Source of the DNA: Campylobacterales bacterium
Lineage (GTDB): Bacteria > Campylobacterota > Campylobacteria > Campylobacterales > Sulfurimonadaceae
Reading direction: 5' to 3'
DNA: 64,000 nucleotides
NCBI GenBank assembly: GCA_038205935.1
Contig: JBBRBK010000004.1
Span: forward strand, 22,484 to 86,483
The notes below the pieces were generated by a model. That model ran no database searches and had not been told where the DNA came from. It saw only the letters and a program-made list of their open reading frames with translations. Of the stretch, positions 32,316 through 42,114 are shown in pieces; position 1 is the stretch's first letter, and every line of letters starts with the position of its first letter. A program made the translations under genes and the position numbers.

Positions 32316-34310
32316 ATGAATGACATAGAACAACAAGCTTTACAAACATATCAAAAAAATTTGAATTATTTTCAAGAATATCATCCTTCTCTTTTTAAAA
32401 AAATTTCTACCTTTGAAGCAGCCATTAACCAAAGTGTATATCAAGAACATTATTCTTTAGAATATACAACAGATAAATATTTTGATATCAAAGAAGTTGA
32501 AACAAATAACTGGCTTTACGGAATAGATAGCGAGAAACATTCCATTGAACTTCTCAATAGTGTAAATTTAAAGCGGACAGATACTGTATTTGAAGCCCAA
32601 TTAAGATTTTCTATAAAAGAAGAAGAACTTGAAGAAATGGGTCAGATTGACAACTTTCATAGTTCACTATGGGCGACGGCAAACATCATCCACTATAACT
32701 CAAAAGTTGCACAAAAAAATAACTCTGAGATGAAACAACTCTATAAATTCATCTTCTTAGGCACTGGACTTGGCATTCATATTCCTAAGATTATTGAGCA
32801 ATATTCTATTTACGCTGCTTTTATTTTAGAACACGACTTAGAACTTTTTCGATCTTCTTTATTTATTACTGACTATGCCGAAGCCTTTAAAAATACAAAA
32901 CCTTATTTTTCAATCGCTGAAAATTATGCTGATATGCAAACAACCTTCTTAGCTTTTTTAAATAACTTCATGAATTATAATTTATATATAAAATTTTTAC
33001 CTTTTAGCACAAACTATCAAGATGACCTTAAAAGCTTAGAAAGTATCACTCTTTCTCAAGATCATATATCATATCCATATCAAGGATATATGGCACGATC
33101 ATTTAAAGCAGCCAAAAAAGTTGCTAACGGTAAATGTTTTTTAAATATCTCAAAAACCTATCTATCTACTCTATTGTCTGAGAGCCCTATTCTCATTTTG
33201 GCATCGGGTCCTTCATTGCAAAAGAACATAGCATGGGTACGAAATAATAAAGAAAAATTTATAACCGTTGCTGTACTTTCCTCTTGTAAATACCTTTTAG
33301 AAAATGACATCCAACCAAATATTGTGATACATATTGATCCTCAACAAATTAGTACAAAACTTCTTGATGGCATAAATATGCAAAGCTTTGAGAACTCATT
33401 GATTGTTTTCGGCTCGAGTGTTCATGACGATCTCGTCGAACAATTTGATCCAAAAAAAGTTTTTTTCTTTGAAGAAGCAACAGATTTTAAAGTTGATCAC
33501 GGTTTCTTCGCACTTCCAACTATTGGAGAATATGCTGCAATTCTTCCTTTACTTTTAGGTGCTAAAAATCTCTATCTTCTAGGTTTAGATCTTTCCCTTG
33601 ATCCAACAAGTATGAAAGATCATATTGATTCACATATTAATAATAAAGAGTTTGCACATAATTCAGATGAAGAACACGTTCAATTTTCAAACTCTATCTG
33701 TTATGTGAAAGGAAATTTTTTAGAGACAGTTCCTTCAAGAGTAACATACAGACTTTCTATTACCCAATTCACCGCCGCCTTAGCTATTTATAAACAAGCC
33801 ACGCACAATATTTATAATCTTTCCAATGGCGCCTATTTGGAGCACACCACACCTCTCTTTATAGAAGCGTTCAATACAAATGATCTACAAACACTTGAGC
33901 AAAATCTGTTTCAAGAAGAACTCGGTCTCTTTTTTTCTTCTATCAGTTCATGTCAATTCAGTGATAAAGATAAAAAATATATGCAAAAACAGTTACAAGT
34001 GGCTTTAAATATTTTAAACCAATGTAAAAAGCTTCGTAAGGTCAATGTAACAGAGATCGATACTTATCTTTTCCAAAAAATAGTCCCATTTATGGAGACA
34101 ATCTGTGAAATGAATAGTGAGAAAAAATCAGATCTTGGTGAGATATTTTTTGAATATTTTAAAATAACGTCAAGTTTTATCTTTGACACCTTTAATATAA
34201 AAGATTTACAAGATGCTAAGAAGCATGTGAAATATATGGATAAGATTGTTTTAGATGCGGTTGAGAAGATAGCTTCTACATACTACAACACTATAAAAGG
34301 TTACATGTAA
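32316..34310 (+). CDS. maf: Motility associated factor (Maf, DUF115) flagellin glycosyltransferase
   Basis: YQKNLNYF, FIFLGTGLG, LASGPSL and YLLGLDL motifs; adjacent to flagellin. Confidence 0.88.
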   Translation: MNDIEQQALQTYQKNLNYFQEYHPSLFKKISTFEAAINQSVYQEHYSLEYTTDKYFDIKEVETNNWLYGIDSEKHSIELLNSVNLKRTDTVFEAQLRFSIKEEELEEMGQIDNFHSSLWATANIIHYNSKVAQKNNSEMKQLYKFIFLGTGLGIHIPKIIEQYSIYAAFILEHDLELFRSSLFITDYAEAFKNTKPYFSIAENYADMQTTFLAFLNNFMNYNLYIKFLPFSTNYQDDLKSLESITLSQDHISYPYQGYMARSFKAAKKVANGKCFLNISKTYLSTLLSESPILILASGPSLQKNIAWVRNNKEKFITVAVLSSCKYLLENDIQPNIVIHIDPQQISTKLLDGINMQSFENSLIVFGSSVHDDLVEQFDPKKVFFFEEATDFKVDHGFFALPTIGEYAAILPLLLGAKNLYLLGLDLSLDPTSMKDHIDSHINNKEFAHNSDEEHVQFSNSICYVKGNFLETVPSRVTYRLSITQFTAALAIYKQATHNIYNLSNGAYLEHTTPLFIEAFNTNDLQTLEQNLFQEELGLFFSSISSCQFSDKDKKYMQKQLQVALNILNQCKKLRKVNVTEIDTYLFQKIVPFMETICEMNSEKKSDLGEIFFEYFKITSSFIFDTFNIKDLQDAKKHVKYMDKIVLDAVEKIASTYYNTIKGYM

Positions 34311-34317
34311 AGCAAAA

Positions 34318-34345
34318 AAGCCAAAGAGCAAAAACTCCTTGGCTT
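34318..34345. terminator. Hairpin between convergent maf and flagellin, probable flagellin terminator
   Basis: AAGCCAAAGAG-CAAAAA-CTCCTTGGCTT, preceded by an A-run (U-run on the minus strand). Confidence 0.65.
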
Positions 34346-34379
34346 AAAAGTAGAACGTTTTCTAAAGAAACGTTTGAGA

Positions 34380-36782
34380 CTACTGAAGTAGTCTTAGAAC
34401 GTTTTGTTGTACAGCATTCGCTTGACTCATAGCATAACTTCCTGATTGTGCAAGGATGTTGTGTTTAGAGAAGTTTGCGCTCTCTGATGCAAAGTCAACG
34501 TCACGGATGCTAGATTCAGCAGCTGCCAAGTTTACTTGTGTTGTAGAGATGTTGTTGATAGTCGACGTTACTTGGTTTTGAGCAGAACCAATATTTGCAC
34601 GGATACTGTCCAAGCTTGTGATCGCCGCACTTACAGTATCGATTGCTTTCATCGCACCATCAAGTGTCGTTACATCAATATTTGAAAGTGAAGAGTTTGT
34701 CGTTGTACCCATTGCCAATGTACCTGATTTACCATCATTTGCCTTCAAAGAAGAACCATCACCCAGAGTTGAACCAGCAGTCATCGTCATATCTGCTGTC
34801 GTAACAATAGACTGCCCAGCTTTGATTGTTTCATCTTTTTTCAAAACATCACCAGCTTGATACGTAGTACCACTATTGAATGTAGCAGCAACAAGATCCT
34901 GTGTGACAGTTGTTCCAGCTTTAAGTATACTACCTGACTGAAGTGTACTTCCACTCTTGACACTCATGTCAGTAGTCAATACTGTTGCACCTGTATTCGT
35001 CGTTGTAGCTGCACCCAAAGTACTGCCTGCTGCTAAAGTAGAAGCTGCTTTAATTGTCGAGCTTGATTTTAATAGCATATCACTAGTTACCGTCATATCA
35101 GCACTCGTTATAGTAGCAGCCCCGGTAACACTACCTGCTGTTAATATCGAAGTTGCTCCCAAAGTGCTTCCCGACTTCAGTGTCATGTCTTGTGTTGTAA
35201 CTACTTTCGTAAGAGACGTAAGGTCATTACCTAAAAAACTACCAGCTTTTAATGTTGCTAAAGATGTAGCCGCAGAGTTTATCGTAGAATTTTTTGTAAC
35301 TGTCATATCTTGAGACAAGACAAGAGCACCAGCCGTTGTTGAATCTATAGTAAGCGTCTCTCCCACATTGTGAACATCTGAAGCAGCATCTGTATATGCC
35401 GTCGTAACAACTGTACCGGCTTTCAAAATACTACCCGAACCCAGAGTACTTCCTGCTTTTACTAGCATATTCTCATTAGCAACTAACGACGTAGTAACAA
35501 CAAAGTCCCCACCTATTGTTGTACCCTCTTTTAGTACAGAGCCACTTGCAACACTAGAACCTTTTGCTACAAGAGCATCTTGAGTAAGAGTCGTTGCAGC
35601 AATCGTGGCATTTCCACCAACAACACTCCCTACCGCTAATGTACTTCCAGACTTCAATGTAGATCCAGCCGCAATTGTTGAGTCAGCATTAGTTGTAACA
35701 TCGGCGCTTGTAGTCAAAGTAAGACCTACAGCTCCAGCACTTACATTTGAAACTTGAAAATTAGCTGCACCACTTTGAACTAAATCTAAGTGACCAACTG
35801 TTGAAAGATCTCCTGCAGTTTTACCTAAAACACTTGCTGTATTGCCAGTAACCTGGATCGCACGACCATCTGTCGATGTAAGCTTCATAGAACCATCACT
35901 ATTCATTGCTGCAGATACACCTGTTTGACTTGTTTGAGTATTGATCGCAGAGATAAGTGCCCCGCTTGAATCACCACCTTTTGTGATCACTGAACCAATA
36001 TTAATACCATTGATCGCAAAATCACTTCCTGTCGTACCAGCTTGGATAATACCAGTTTGAGATCCAACAACTGCTTTTGCAGTGATACCTGTTTCTCCAC
36101 TCACTTGATTGACCGCATCTGCAAGAGCACCCATGCCATTGGCAGGATTATTGTTCATTTGGATACTTACTTTTTGAAGCTGAATATTTTGACCCGTAGT
36201 AGCACTTGTAAGGTTAAGCGCAACATCGCCACCTGTTTTGCTTGCAAGATCAAGTGTCGTACGTGTCGTAAGACCTACTTTGTTTGTTTCAGCAGAAGCA
36301 ATAGAAACTTTTGCACTCTGGTTTGCATTTGCACCCATCTGGAACTCTTTGTTTGTAAACGAACCTGAAAGGAGTTGTTGACCATTGAAACTTGTAGTTT
36401 TAGCGATAGTATTTAACTCTTTCATAAGAGAGTCAATATCTTTTTGAATTGCTTGACGAGAAGTTGAATTTTGACCATCAGAAGCAGCTTGTACCGCTTT
36501 AGTTTTGATAGTATCTAAAATATTTCCGTACTCACTTAGTGCACCATCAGCCGTCTGAAGAAGACCAATAGCATCATTACCATTAGCGATACCTTGACCA
36601 AGAGAAGAAGCTTGTGAGCGAAGTGAATCCGCAATTGTAAGACCTGAAGCATCATCTGCAGCAGTGTTAATGCGAAGACCTGAACTCAATTTCGCTAATG
36701 AAGAATTTATCTGATTATTGTTCATAACCGCATTATTGTGAGCAGTCAATGCCGCCACGTTTGTATTAATTCTGAAACCCAT
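34380..36782 (-). CDS. flaA: Flagellin (800 aa) with a large repetitive central insertion
   Basis: MGFRINTNVAAL, KLSSGLRINTAADDASG and AAESSIRDVDFA...QNVLRLLQ; sigma28 promoter points to the major flagellin. Confidence 0.93.
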   Translation of the reverse strand: MGFRINTNVAALTAHNNAVMNNNQINSSLAKLSSGLRINTAADDASGLTIADSLRSQASSLGQGIANGNDAIGLLQTADGALSEYGNILDTIKTKAVQAASDGQNSTSRQAIQKDIDSLMKELNTIAKTTSFNGQQLLSGSFTNKEFQMGANANQSAKVSIASAETNKVGLTTRTTLDLASKTGGDVALNLTSATTGQNIQLQKVSIQMNNNPANGMGALADAVNQVSGETGITAKAVVGSQTGIIQAGTTGSDFAINGINIGSVITKGGDSSGALISAINTQTSQTGVSAAMNSDGSMKLTSTDGRAIQVTGNTASVLGKTAGDLSTVGHLDLVQSGAANFQVSNVSAGAVGLTLTTSADVTTNADSTIAAGSTLKSGSTLAVGSVVGGNATIAATTLTQDALVAKGSSVASGSVLKEGTTIGGDFVVTTSLVANENMLVKAGSTLGSGSILKAGTVVTTAYTDAASDVHNVGETLTIDSTTAGALVLSQDMTVTKNSTINSAATSLATLKAGSFLGNDLTSLTKVVTTQDMTLKSGSTLGATSILTAGSVTGAATITSADMTVTSDMLLKSSSTIKAASTLAAGSTLGAATTTNTGATVLTTDMSVKSGSTLQSGSILKAGTTVTQDLVAATFNSGTTYQAGDVLKKDETIKAGQSIVTTADMTMTAGSTLGDGSSLKANDGKSGTLAMGTTTNSSLSNIDVTTLDGAMKAIDTVSAAITSLDSIRANIGSAQNQVTSTINNISTTQVNLAAAESSIRDVDFASESANFSKHNILAQSGSYAMSQANAVQQNVLRLLQ

Positions 36783-36825
36783 TGTAAATCCTTTTAGGTA
36801 AGAGCTCTAAGCTCTTGATAATTTT

Positions 36826-36839
36826 CAGCGTCCTTGCTG
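36826..36839 (-). promoter_or_regulatory. Probable CsrA-binding GGA hairpin in the flagellin 5' UTR
   Basis: mRNA reads CAGC-AAGGAC-GCTG; a second AAGGA overlaps the SD. Confidence 0.6.
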
Positions 36840-36848
36840 TTACTAACT

Positions 36849-36875
36849 ATATCGCCTTTTAAATTAAAAGCTTTA
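36849..36875 (-). promoter_or_regulatory. sigma28 promoter of the flagellin gene
   Basis: TAAA-N15-GGCGATAT on the minus strand. Confidence 0.8.
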
Positions 36876-36956
36876 ATTTTTTTTTCAAATTATTTAATTT
36901 TTTTTTGATACACTTTCGAAATCAAAAGTAGCATACTACATATATAGGAAAACAAT

Positions 36957-39185
36957 TTGGATTTAATTATCGTCGAATCACCAGCCAAAGCAAGAACAAT
37001 TAAAAACTTTTTAGGAAAAGGGTATGAGGTCATCGCCTCTAAAGGTCACATAAGAGATCTTCCAAAATCCCGCTTTGGAATCACAGTAGATGAAAAGAAT
37101 GAGCTTATTCCAACGTACAGCGTAGCAAAAGAGAACAGTGCTACCGTCAAAGAGATACAAGAGTTGGCTAAAAAAGCAGAAACTATCTATATCGCGACCG
37201 ATGAGGATCGCGAGGGAGAAGCTATAGGCTGGCACATTGCTCAGGCTATCAAAAAAGATCCTGCAACGCTTCCACGGATCGTGTTTCACGAGATCACTAA
37301 AACGGCTATCACGCATGCGCTTGAAACTGCGCGTTCTATCGACATGGATCGCGTAAATGCACAGCAGACTCGTCGTTTGCTTGACCGTATCGTGGGTTAT
37401 AAACTCTCTCCTCTTCTTAGTTCAAAGATACAAAAAGGGCTTTCAGCAGGACGTGTTCAGTCTTCTACATTAAAAATCATCGTAGATCGTGAACGTGAGA
37501 TAAAAGCGTTTATCCCTCAAGAATACTGGACAATCGACACACTTTTCAAACCTGAAATCGAAGCAAATCTCACCTCTTACTTTGGCGAGAAGATGGATAA
37601 GCTCTCTATCACGAATGAAAAAGATGCGAAAAAGATCGTAGCTAATGTTCAAAAAGAGAAATTCATTGTCGCAGCACTTGAAACAAAACAGCGTAAAACT
37701 TCAACACCGCCACCGTTTATGACTTCGACTTTGCAACAAACGGCTTCAAGCAAACTAGGCTATTCTCCTAAGAAAACAATGATGATCGCGCAAACACTGT
37801 ATGAGGGTGTAAAAACTCCTGATGGAACAAGCGGTGTCATCACTTACATGCGTACCGATTCACTCAACATGGCAAAAGAAGCAGTCGACGCAGTGCGTGA
37901 AGAGATAAGCAGAAGATTTGGTGAGGCATACCTTCCAAAAGAGGCAAAAACTTACGATAAAAAATCAAAAGGCGCACAAGAAGCCCACGAAGCTATCCGC
38001 CCAACGATGCTCTCTTTTACTCCAGAGATCGCTACAAAATACCTTAAAGCTGATGAACTAAAACTCTACAAACTAATCTATGAAAGATTTATGGCTTGTC
38101 AGATGAACGATGCACTTTTTGAGCAACAAAGCATCACTTTTGCAAGTGATAATGTTGAGTATAGAGCCACAGGACGCAAGCTATTATTTGATGGTTTTTA
38201 CAAAGTCCTTGGAACTGATGACAAAGATAAATTACTTCCAGCACTTAAAGAGGGCGAAGCGATAGATATCAAATCCATAAGTCCACTTCAGCACTTTACT
38301 GAGCCTCCAGCTCGCTACAATGAAGCGTCTATCATCAAAAAACTCGAAGCTGAGGGAATTGGACGTCCATCGACTTATGCGCCAACTATCTCGACTTTGA
38401 CGGTTAGAACATATATAAACGTAGAGAAAAAACAGCTTATCCCAACAGAGATGGCTTTTACCGTCACAGAAATCTTAGAGAAAAACTTCAAAGAGATCGT
38501 TGATGCTTCTTTTACCGCAAATATGGAAGAGGAACTCGATGAGATCGCCGAGGGAAAAAAAGATTGGCAAAAAACTTTGCAAGATTTTTATTTTCCATTT
38601 TTGATAGAAATTGAAGCGGGAAAAGAGAATATTGTCAGTACAAAACTTGCTCAACCTACAGGTAAAAGCTGTCCAAAATGTGGCAGTGAACTCCTTCTTC
38701 GTTCTGGACGTTATGGAAACTTTATCGCATGTAGCGGTTTTCCAAAATGTAAATACACAGAACAAGTAGAAGGCGAAGAAAACACAGTAACTGAGGGCGC
38801 ACCAACAACTGAAGAGAAATGTGAAAAATGTGGTAGCGATATGGTCATAAAGAATGGACGCAATGGACAATTTTTAGCTTGTAGCGGCTATCCTGAATGT
38901 AAAAACACCAAAACACTCGAAGCTGTGGCTACAAAAGAATCGGCTGTGCCTTGTCCTGAGTGTGGAGGAAAACTGCTTTTCCGTCAATCACGCAGAGGCG
39001 CATTTTGGGGATGTGAAAGCTACCCTACATGTAAGTTCATTTCCAAGTTTGAGCCATCAACGCATAAATGCGAAGAAGAAGGCTGTGGTGGCGTTTTAGC
39101 CGCACGTGTTTATAGAAACAAAGATATTTATGAGTGTATCAAGTGTAAAAACAAAACTCCAAGAGAGAGCGAAGAACAGGCATAG
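36957..39185 (+). CDS. topA: DNA topoisomerase I
   Basis: LIIVESPAK, ATDEDREGE, SAGRVQS and ITYMRTDS motifs; C-terminal zinc ribbons. Confidence 0.98.
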   Translation: MDLIIVESPAKARTIKNFLGKGYEVIASKGHIRDLPKSRFGITVDEKNELIPTYSVAKENSATVKEIQELAKKAETIYIATDEDREGEAIGWHIAQAIKKDPATLPRIVFHEITKTAITHALETARSIDMDRVNAQQTRRLLDRIVGYKLSPLLSSKIQKGLSAGRVQSSTLKIIVDREREIKAFIPQEYWTIDTLFKPEIEANLTSYFGEKMDKLSITNEKDAKKIVANVQKEKFIVAALETKQRKTSTPPPFMTSTLQQTASSKLGYSPKKTMMIAQTLYEGVKTPDGTSGVITYMRTDSLNMAKEAVDAVREEISRRFGEAYLPKEAKTYDKKSKGAQEAHEAIRPTMLSFTPEIATKYLKADELKLYKLIYERFMACQMNDALFEQQSITFASDNVEYRATGRKLLFDGFYKVLGTDDKDKLLPALKEGEAIDIKSISPLQHFTEPPARYNEASIIKKLEAEGIGRPSTYAPTISTLTVRTYINVEKKQLIPTEMAFTVTEILEKNFKEIVDASFTANMEEELDEIAEGKKDWQKTLQDFYFPFLIEIEAGKENIVSTKLAQPTGKSCPKCGSELLLRSGRYGNFIACSGFPKCKYTEQVEGEENTVTEGAPTTEEKCEKCGSDMVIKNGRNGQFLACSGYPECKNTKTLEAVATKESAVPCPECGGKLLFRQSRRGAFWGCESYPTCKFISKFEPSTHKCEEEGCGGVLAARVYRNKDIYECIKCKNKTPRESEEQA

Positions 39186-39704
39186 ATGAAAATAGGTATT
39201 CTCTCCGACACGCATAAAAAAACAAAGCTTGCGCAAAAAGCGATCAAGCATCTTATAAAAAATGGTGCGGAGTTTTTAATACATGCGGGGGATATCGTAG
39301 AACCAGAAATTCTTGAATTACTAAAGAATAGCGGCGTGAAATATGTGGCAGTGTATGGCAATAATGATGCGCATCTTGCAAGTTTGCACAACAACTACAA
39401 TCTTGTTCAAGAACCCTATTATTTTAAACTTGCAAATACCAGATTTAAACTGATGCACCTGCCTTTTTATATGAATCCAGATGCTGATGTAATCATTTTT
39501 GGACATACACACACCTTTGAATGTGACTTTAAAAACAATACACTTTTTTTAAATCCCGGAGAGGCATGTGCGAGAAACAAGCCTCTTACCGAGTTTGCGA
39601 TGCTTGAAGTAGAAAACAATAGTTATAAAGTAAGCTATTTTAGTAAAGATCCAAAAGAAGATGAGTTTAACGAATCTCACTTCTTTTTTGAGAGGAATTT
39701 ATGA
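39186..39704 (+). CDS. YfcE-like metallophosphoesterase
   Basis: ILSDTH, HAGD, GNND, GHTH and NPGE motifs. Confidence 0.9.
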   Translation: MKIGILSDTHKKTKLAQKAIKHLIKNGAEFLIHAGDIVEPEILELLKNSGVKYVAVYGNNDAHLASLHNNYNLVQEPYYFKLANTRFKLMHLPFYMNPDADVIIFGHTHTFECDFKNNTLFLNPGEACARNKPLTEFAMLEVENNSYKVSYFSKDPKEDEFNESHFFFERNL

Positions 39705-40549
39705 GTAAAAAAATATTTTTATGTGCCATCAGTAACATCAACAGTGGTACATGTAACGAGGACTGCAAGTTTTGCTCCCAAAGTGTAAAATACAAAGCAG
39801 ACATCGAGCGCTATATCCAAAAACCTGTCGATAAGATAATCGAAGAAGCAAAAGAAGCGTATGCAAGCGGTGCACTCGGTTTTTGCCTAGTCACAGCACA
39901 CAAAGGACTTGATGATAAAACGCTCAAGTTTGTCTGCAACGTTGCTCGAGAAGTGAACCGTGAAGTACCACAGCTTAGACTCATCGCATGTAACGGCACG
40001 GCATCTTTAGAGCAACTTTTAGCTCTTAAAGAAGCTGGAGTAAAAGCATACAATCATAATCTTGAAACATCTCGTGCGTTTTACCCAGAAATCTGTACAA
40101 CGCATCCATGGGATGAACGCTTTGAGACTTGTCAAAATGTAAACAAATCAGGACTTGTACTTATCACGGGTGGAATCTTCGGGCTCGGTGAAACACAGGA
40201 GGATCGCGTCAGTATGTTAAACTCTCTCAAAGAGTTAAACCCAACCTCTGTACCGATCAACTTTTACCACCATAATCCTGCTCTTCCGCTTAAACCAAAT
40301 GCACTAAGCGTGGATGAAGCACTTGATCTTATCCGCCTCGCGCGCGAAGTTTTATGTGACGCAGACCGCATTATGGTCGCAGGCGGAAGAGAGATGATGT
40401 TTGGCGAAAGACAAAATGAAATCTTTGAAGCTGGCGCAAACTCCATCGTTATAGGAAACTATCTTACAACTTTGGGAAGAGAAAAAAATAGAGATCTGGA
40501 GATGCTTCGCTCACTTGATTTAGAGATTGCCGACTCACCAAATGCCTAA
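39701..40549 (+). CDS. bioB: Biotin synthase
   Basis: CNEDCKFCSQS, YNHNLETS and SVPINF motifs. Confidence 0.96.
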   Translation: MSKKIFLCAISNINSGTCNEDCKFCSQSVKYKADIERYIQKPVDKIIEEAKEAYASGALGFCLVTAHKGLDDKTLKFVCNVAREVNREVPQLRLIACNGTASLEQLLALKEAGVKAYNHNLETSRAFYPEICTTHPWDERFETCQNVNKSGLVLITGGIFGLGETQEDRVSMLNSLKELNPTSVPINFYHHNPALPLKPNALSVDEALDLIRLAREVLCDADRIMVAGGREMMFGERQNEIFEAGANSIVIGNYLTTLGREKNRDLEMLRSLDLEIADSPNA

Positions 40550-41708
40550 TATGCTTGATGACGTAACACTCATACTCACTGTCTCCTTGATAGTGATCTT
40601 CTCTCCATTTTTTGCAAAGATATTCAAAGTTCCTACAACACCCATCGAGATCATATTTGGTGCTTTTTTGGGTTATGTCGGCTTTATCCATCAACAGCAT
40701 CTTTTTGATATTGTCGCGAAATTTGGATTTTTATATCTTATGTTTATTGCTGGAACTGAGATTGATCTCAAGAAAGTATTAAAAACACCAATAAAACTTA
40801 TGAAGATGATCTCGGTCTATCTTCTTTTACTCTATGGATTTGCTTTCGCTTTTTCGCTCTATTTTTCTTTCGGCAAAATCTTTATGGTGCTTTTACCTCT
40901 TATCTCCGTTGGCCTTATCGCTACACTTGCAAAGGAGTATGGAAAGACGCCGTGGCTTGTGCTTTCTATGACAGCCGGAGGTATCGGTGAGGTCATAAGT
41001 ATTGCGGCCTTGACTCTTGTCTCAGCAACTCTGGAGTTTGGAGGTGGGATTGGACTGTTTCAAACCATCTTAGCACTCATCCTATTTTTACTCTTTATGG
41101 TTGTGCTGTTTCGCTCACTACAACTTCTTTTTTGGTGGTTTCCAGAAGTCTCGGTTGCGCTTATGCCTCACGATGACAACAAAGAGCAGGATATCAGACT
41201 CTCAATGGGAATCTTTTTTATCCTTCTTGCTGTGATGCTTTATCTGCATCTTGAGCTTGCCTTTGGAGCATTTTTAGCGGGTATCTTTATACCAACCTTT
41301 TTTGAACATAAAAATGGCTTACCAGAGAAGCTTTCAAGCTATGGTTTTGGATTTTTGATTCCTATCTTTTTCATCCATATTGGAAGCACATTCAATCTCG
41401 AAGCACTTTTTATCAATGGGTTAGTCGTTCAAGCGCTTATTATTGCCTTTGTGATGATTGCGATGCGCTTGGTAAGTTCTCTTGTGTTTATCAAAGAAGT
41501 TGGAGTAAAAAATGCCATTCTTATGGGACTTAGTCACTCTATGCCTCTGACACTTCTTATCGCGATGGCGACTTTGGCATACACCTCAAAAGGGATAGAT
41601 GAGTTTAACTATTTTGCCCTGATCCTTGCTGCTTTATTTCAAGTTCTATTTGTTATGTTGATTATCAAGGTTATAAACCTCAAAGTAAAAGAGAAAGTAA
41701 CTACATAA
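40542..41708 (+). CDS. Cation:proton antiporter (CPA2 family)
   Basis: Many TM helices; FLYLMFIAGTEID, FGAFLAG and FLIPIFF motifs; start is 40542 or 40551. Confidence 0.85.
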   Translation: MPNMLDDVTLILTVSLIVIFSPFFAKIFKVPTTPIEIIFGAFLGYVGFIHQQHLFDIVAKFGFLYLMFIAGTEIDLKKVLKTPIKLMKMISVYLLLLYGFAFAFSLYFSFGKIFMVLLPLISVGLIATLAKEYGKTPWLVLSMTAGGIGEVISIAALTLVSATLEFGGGIGLFQTILALILFLLFMVVLFRSLQLLFWWFPEVSVALMPHDDNKEQDIRLSMGIFFILLAVMLYLHLELAFGAFLAGIFIPTFFEHKNGLPEKLSSYGFGFLIPIFFIHIGSTFNLEALFINGLVVQALIIAFVMIAMRLVSSLVFIKEVGVKNAILMGLSHSMPLTLLIAMATLAYTSKGIDEFNYFALILAALFQVLFVMLIIKVINLKVKEKVTT

Positions 41709-41748
41709 TTTGATATAATTTACAAATTGCTCAAAAAGGAGTCGCCCC

Positions 41749-42114
41749 GTGACAAGATCCCCACTGCTTCAAATCGTGCGCGACTCCATCGAAGAAGTCA
41801 TAGAAGCTAGACGCATCATCAAAAGAGAAGAGCTTTTAGAAAAGTACCCTGTTTTAGAACAAAATATCGCGTCTGTGATAACGCTGAGCGTAGAAGATGA
41901 ACTGCGAGAAGCAGGGTCAGATGAAGCCATTAAACCGCTAATTGATGATATTATTTACAATGCCAAAATTGCGGCATTTCAAGATACAAAACTTCCACCA
42001 ATAACGACAGCGCAGTATTTACACTGCCGTATCAGTCTTTCACTTTTGATCCCCGACGAAGAGGGAGGTTTTACGATGGAAACTTCCACCGATGAGCCTC
42101 TTTTAAAAAACTAA
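41749..42114 (+). CDS. Short AMMECR1-like domain protein
   Basis: IIYNAKIAAFQD resembles the AMMECR1 AAFxDPRF segment; GTG start with AAGGAG SD. Confidence 0.6.
   Translation: MTRSPLLQIVRDSIEEVIEARRIIKREELLEKYPVLEQNIASVITLSVEDELREAGSDEAIKPLIDDIIYNAKIAAFQDTKLPPITTAQYLHCRISLSLLIPDEEGGFTMETSTDEPLLKN

Noticed and set aside
34618..36368. Plus-strand ORFs antisense to flagellin, and similar short antisense ORFs across the window
   Set aside because: Shadow frames of well-supported genes on the other strand.
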